Part shown: piece after piece, positions 63,503 to 64,000 of the stretch | How the letters are laid out: every line of letters begins with the position of its first letter | Position numbering within the stretch: position 1 is the stretch's first letter | Notes under the pieces: generated by a model | The model's input: only the letters and a program-made list of their open reading frames with translations | Told to the model about the DNA's origin: nothing | The model's database searches: none | DNA from: Bugula neritina | Taxonomy: Eukaryota; Animalia; Bryozoa | Assembly: GCA_964035545.1 (NCBI GenBank) | Contig: OZ037768.1 | Location: 1,178,001-1,242,000 of the forward strand | Length of the DNA: 64,000 bases | Reading direction: 5' to 3' | Program-made: the position numbers and the translations under genes

Positions 63503-64000
63503 GTAGAGCACAGGCTATGAGAGTAGACCACAGGCTATGAGAGTAGAGCACAGGCTATGAGAGTAGAGCACAGGTTATGAGAGTAGAGCACAGGCTATGA
63601 GAGTAGACCACAGGCTATGAGAGTAGAGCACGGGCTATGAGAGTAGAGCACAGGCTATGAGAGTGTACCACAGGCTATGAGAGTAGAGCACAGGCTATGA
63701 GAGTAGAGCACAGGCTATGAGAGTAGAGCACAGGCTATGAGAGTAGAGCACAGGCTATGAGAGTGTACCACAGGCTATGAGAGTAGAGCACAGGCTATGA
63801 GAGTAGAGCACAGGCTATGAGGGTAGACCACAGGCTATGAGAGTAGAGCACAGGCTATGAGAGTAGAGCACAGGCTATGAGAGTGTACCACAGGCTATGA
63901 GAGTAGACCACAGGCTATGAGAGTAGAGCACAGGCTATGAGAGTAGAGCACAGGCTATGAGAGTAGAGCACAGGCTATGAGAGTAGAGCACAGGCTATGA
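63503..64000. repeat. 20-bp minisatellite (GAGTAGAGCACAGGCTATGA), at least 25 copies, running off the window
   Basis: Abuts the MORC acceptor at 63496. Confidence 0.95.

Overview
This is AT-rich metazoan genomic DNA with GT-AG introns; it is probably an invertebrate, and the carboxypeptidase D architecture suggests a lophotrochozoan. I reconstructed five spliced genes by hand. (1) The 3' part of a carboxypeptidase D with at least four M14 repeats (+, 167-18461). (2) Exosome subunit RRP40/EXOSC3 (+, 20604-21913). (3) An uncharacterised acidic, disordered protein with VAVEEP repeats and C-terminal plectin-repeat-like motifs (+, ~27229-39725). (4) A divergent T-box transcription factor (+, 41773-45949). 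(5) A MORC2-like GHKL ATPase/CW-zinc-finger gene (-, 46764 to beyond the window end). A MORC intron holds a 4.16-kb defective PIF/Harbinger-superfamily (ISL2EU-like) transposon whose 5' end has been replaced by an inverted copy of its own 3' end, giving ~1.07-kb arms. Several MITE-like and SINE-like remnants are also present. The most striking unexplained pattern is that most CPD introns and about half of the MORC introns each carry their own unrelated minisatellite pressed against an exon boundary. In about nine cases the repeat unit includes the splice site itself, producing ladders of 5-13 near-identical decoy or alternative donors/acceptors, some of them in frame. EXOSC3 and the T-box gene have none. 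All exon coordinates were read manually and have no transcript confirmation.
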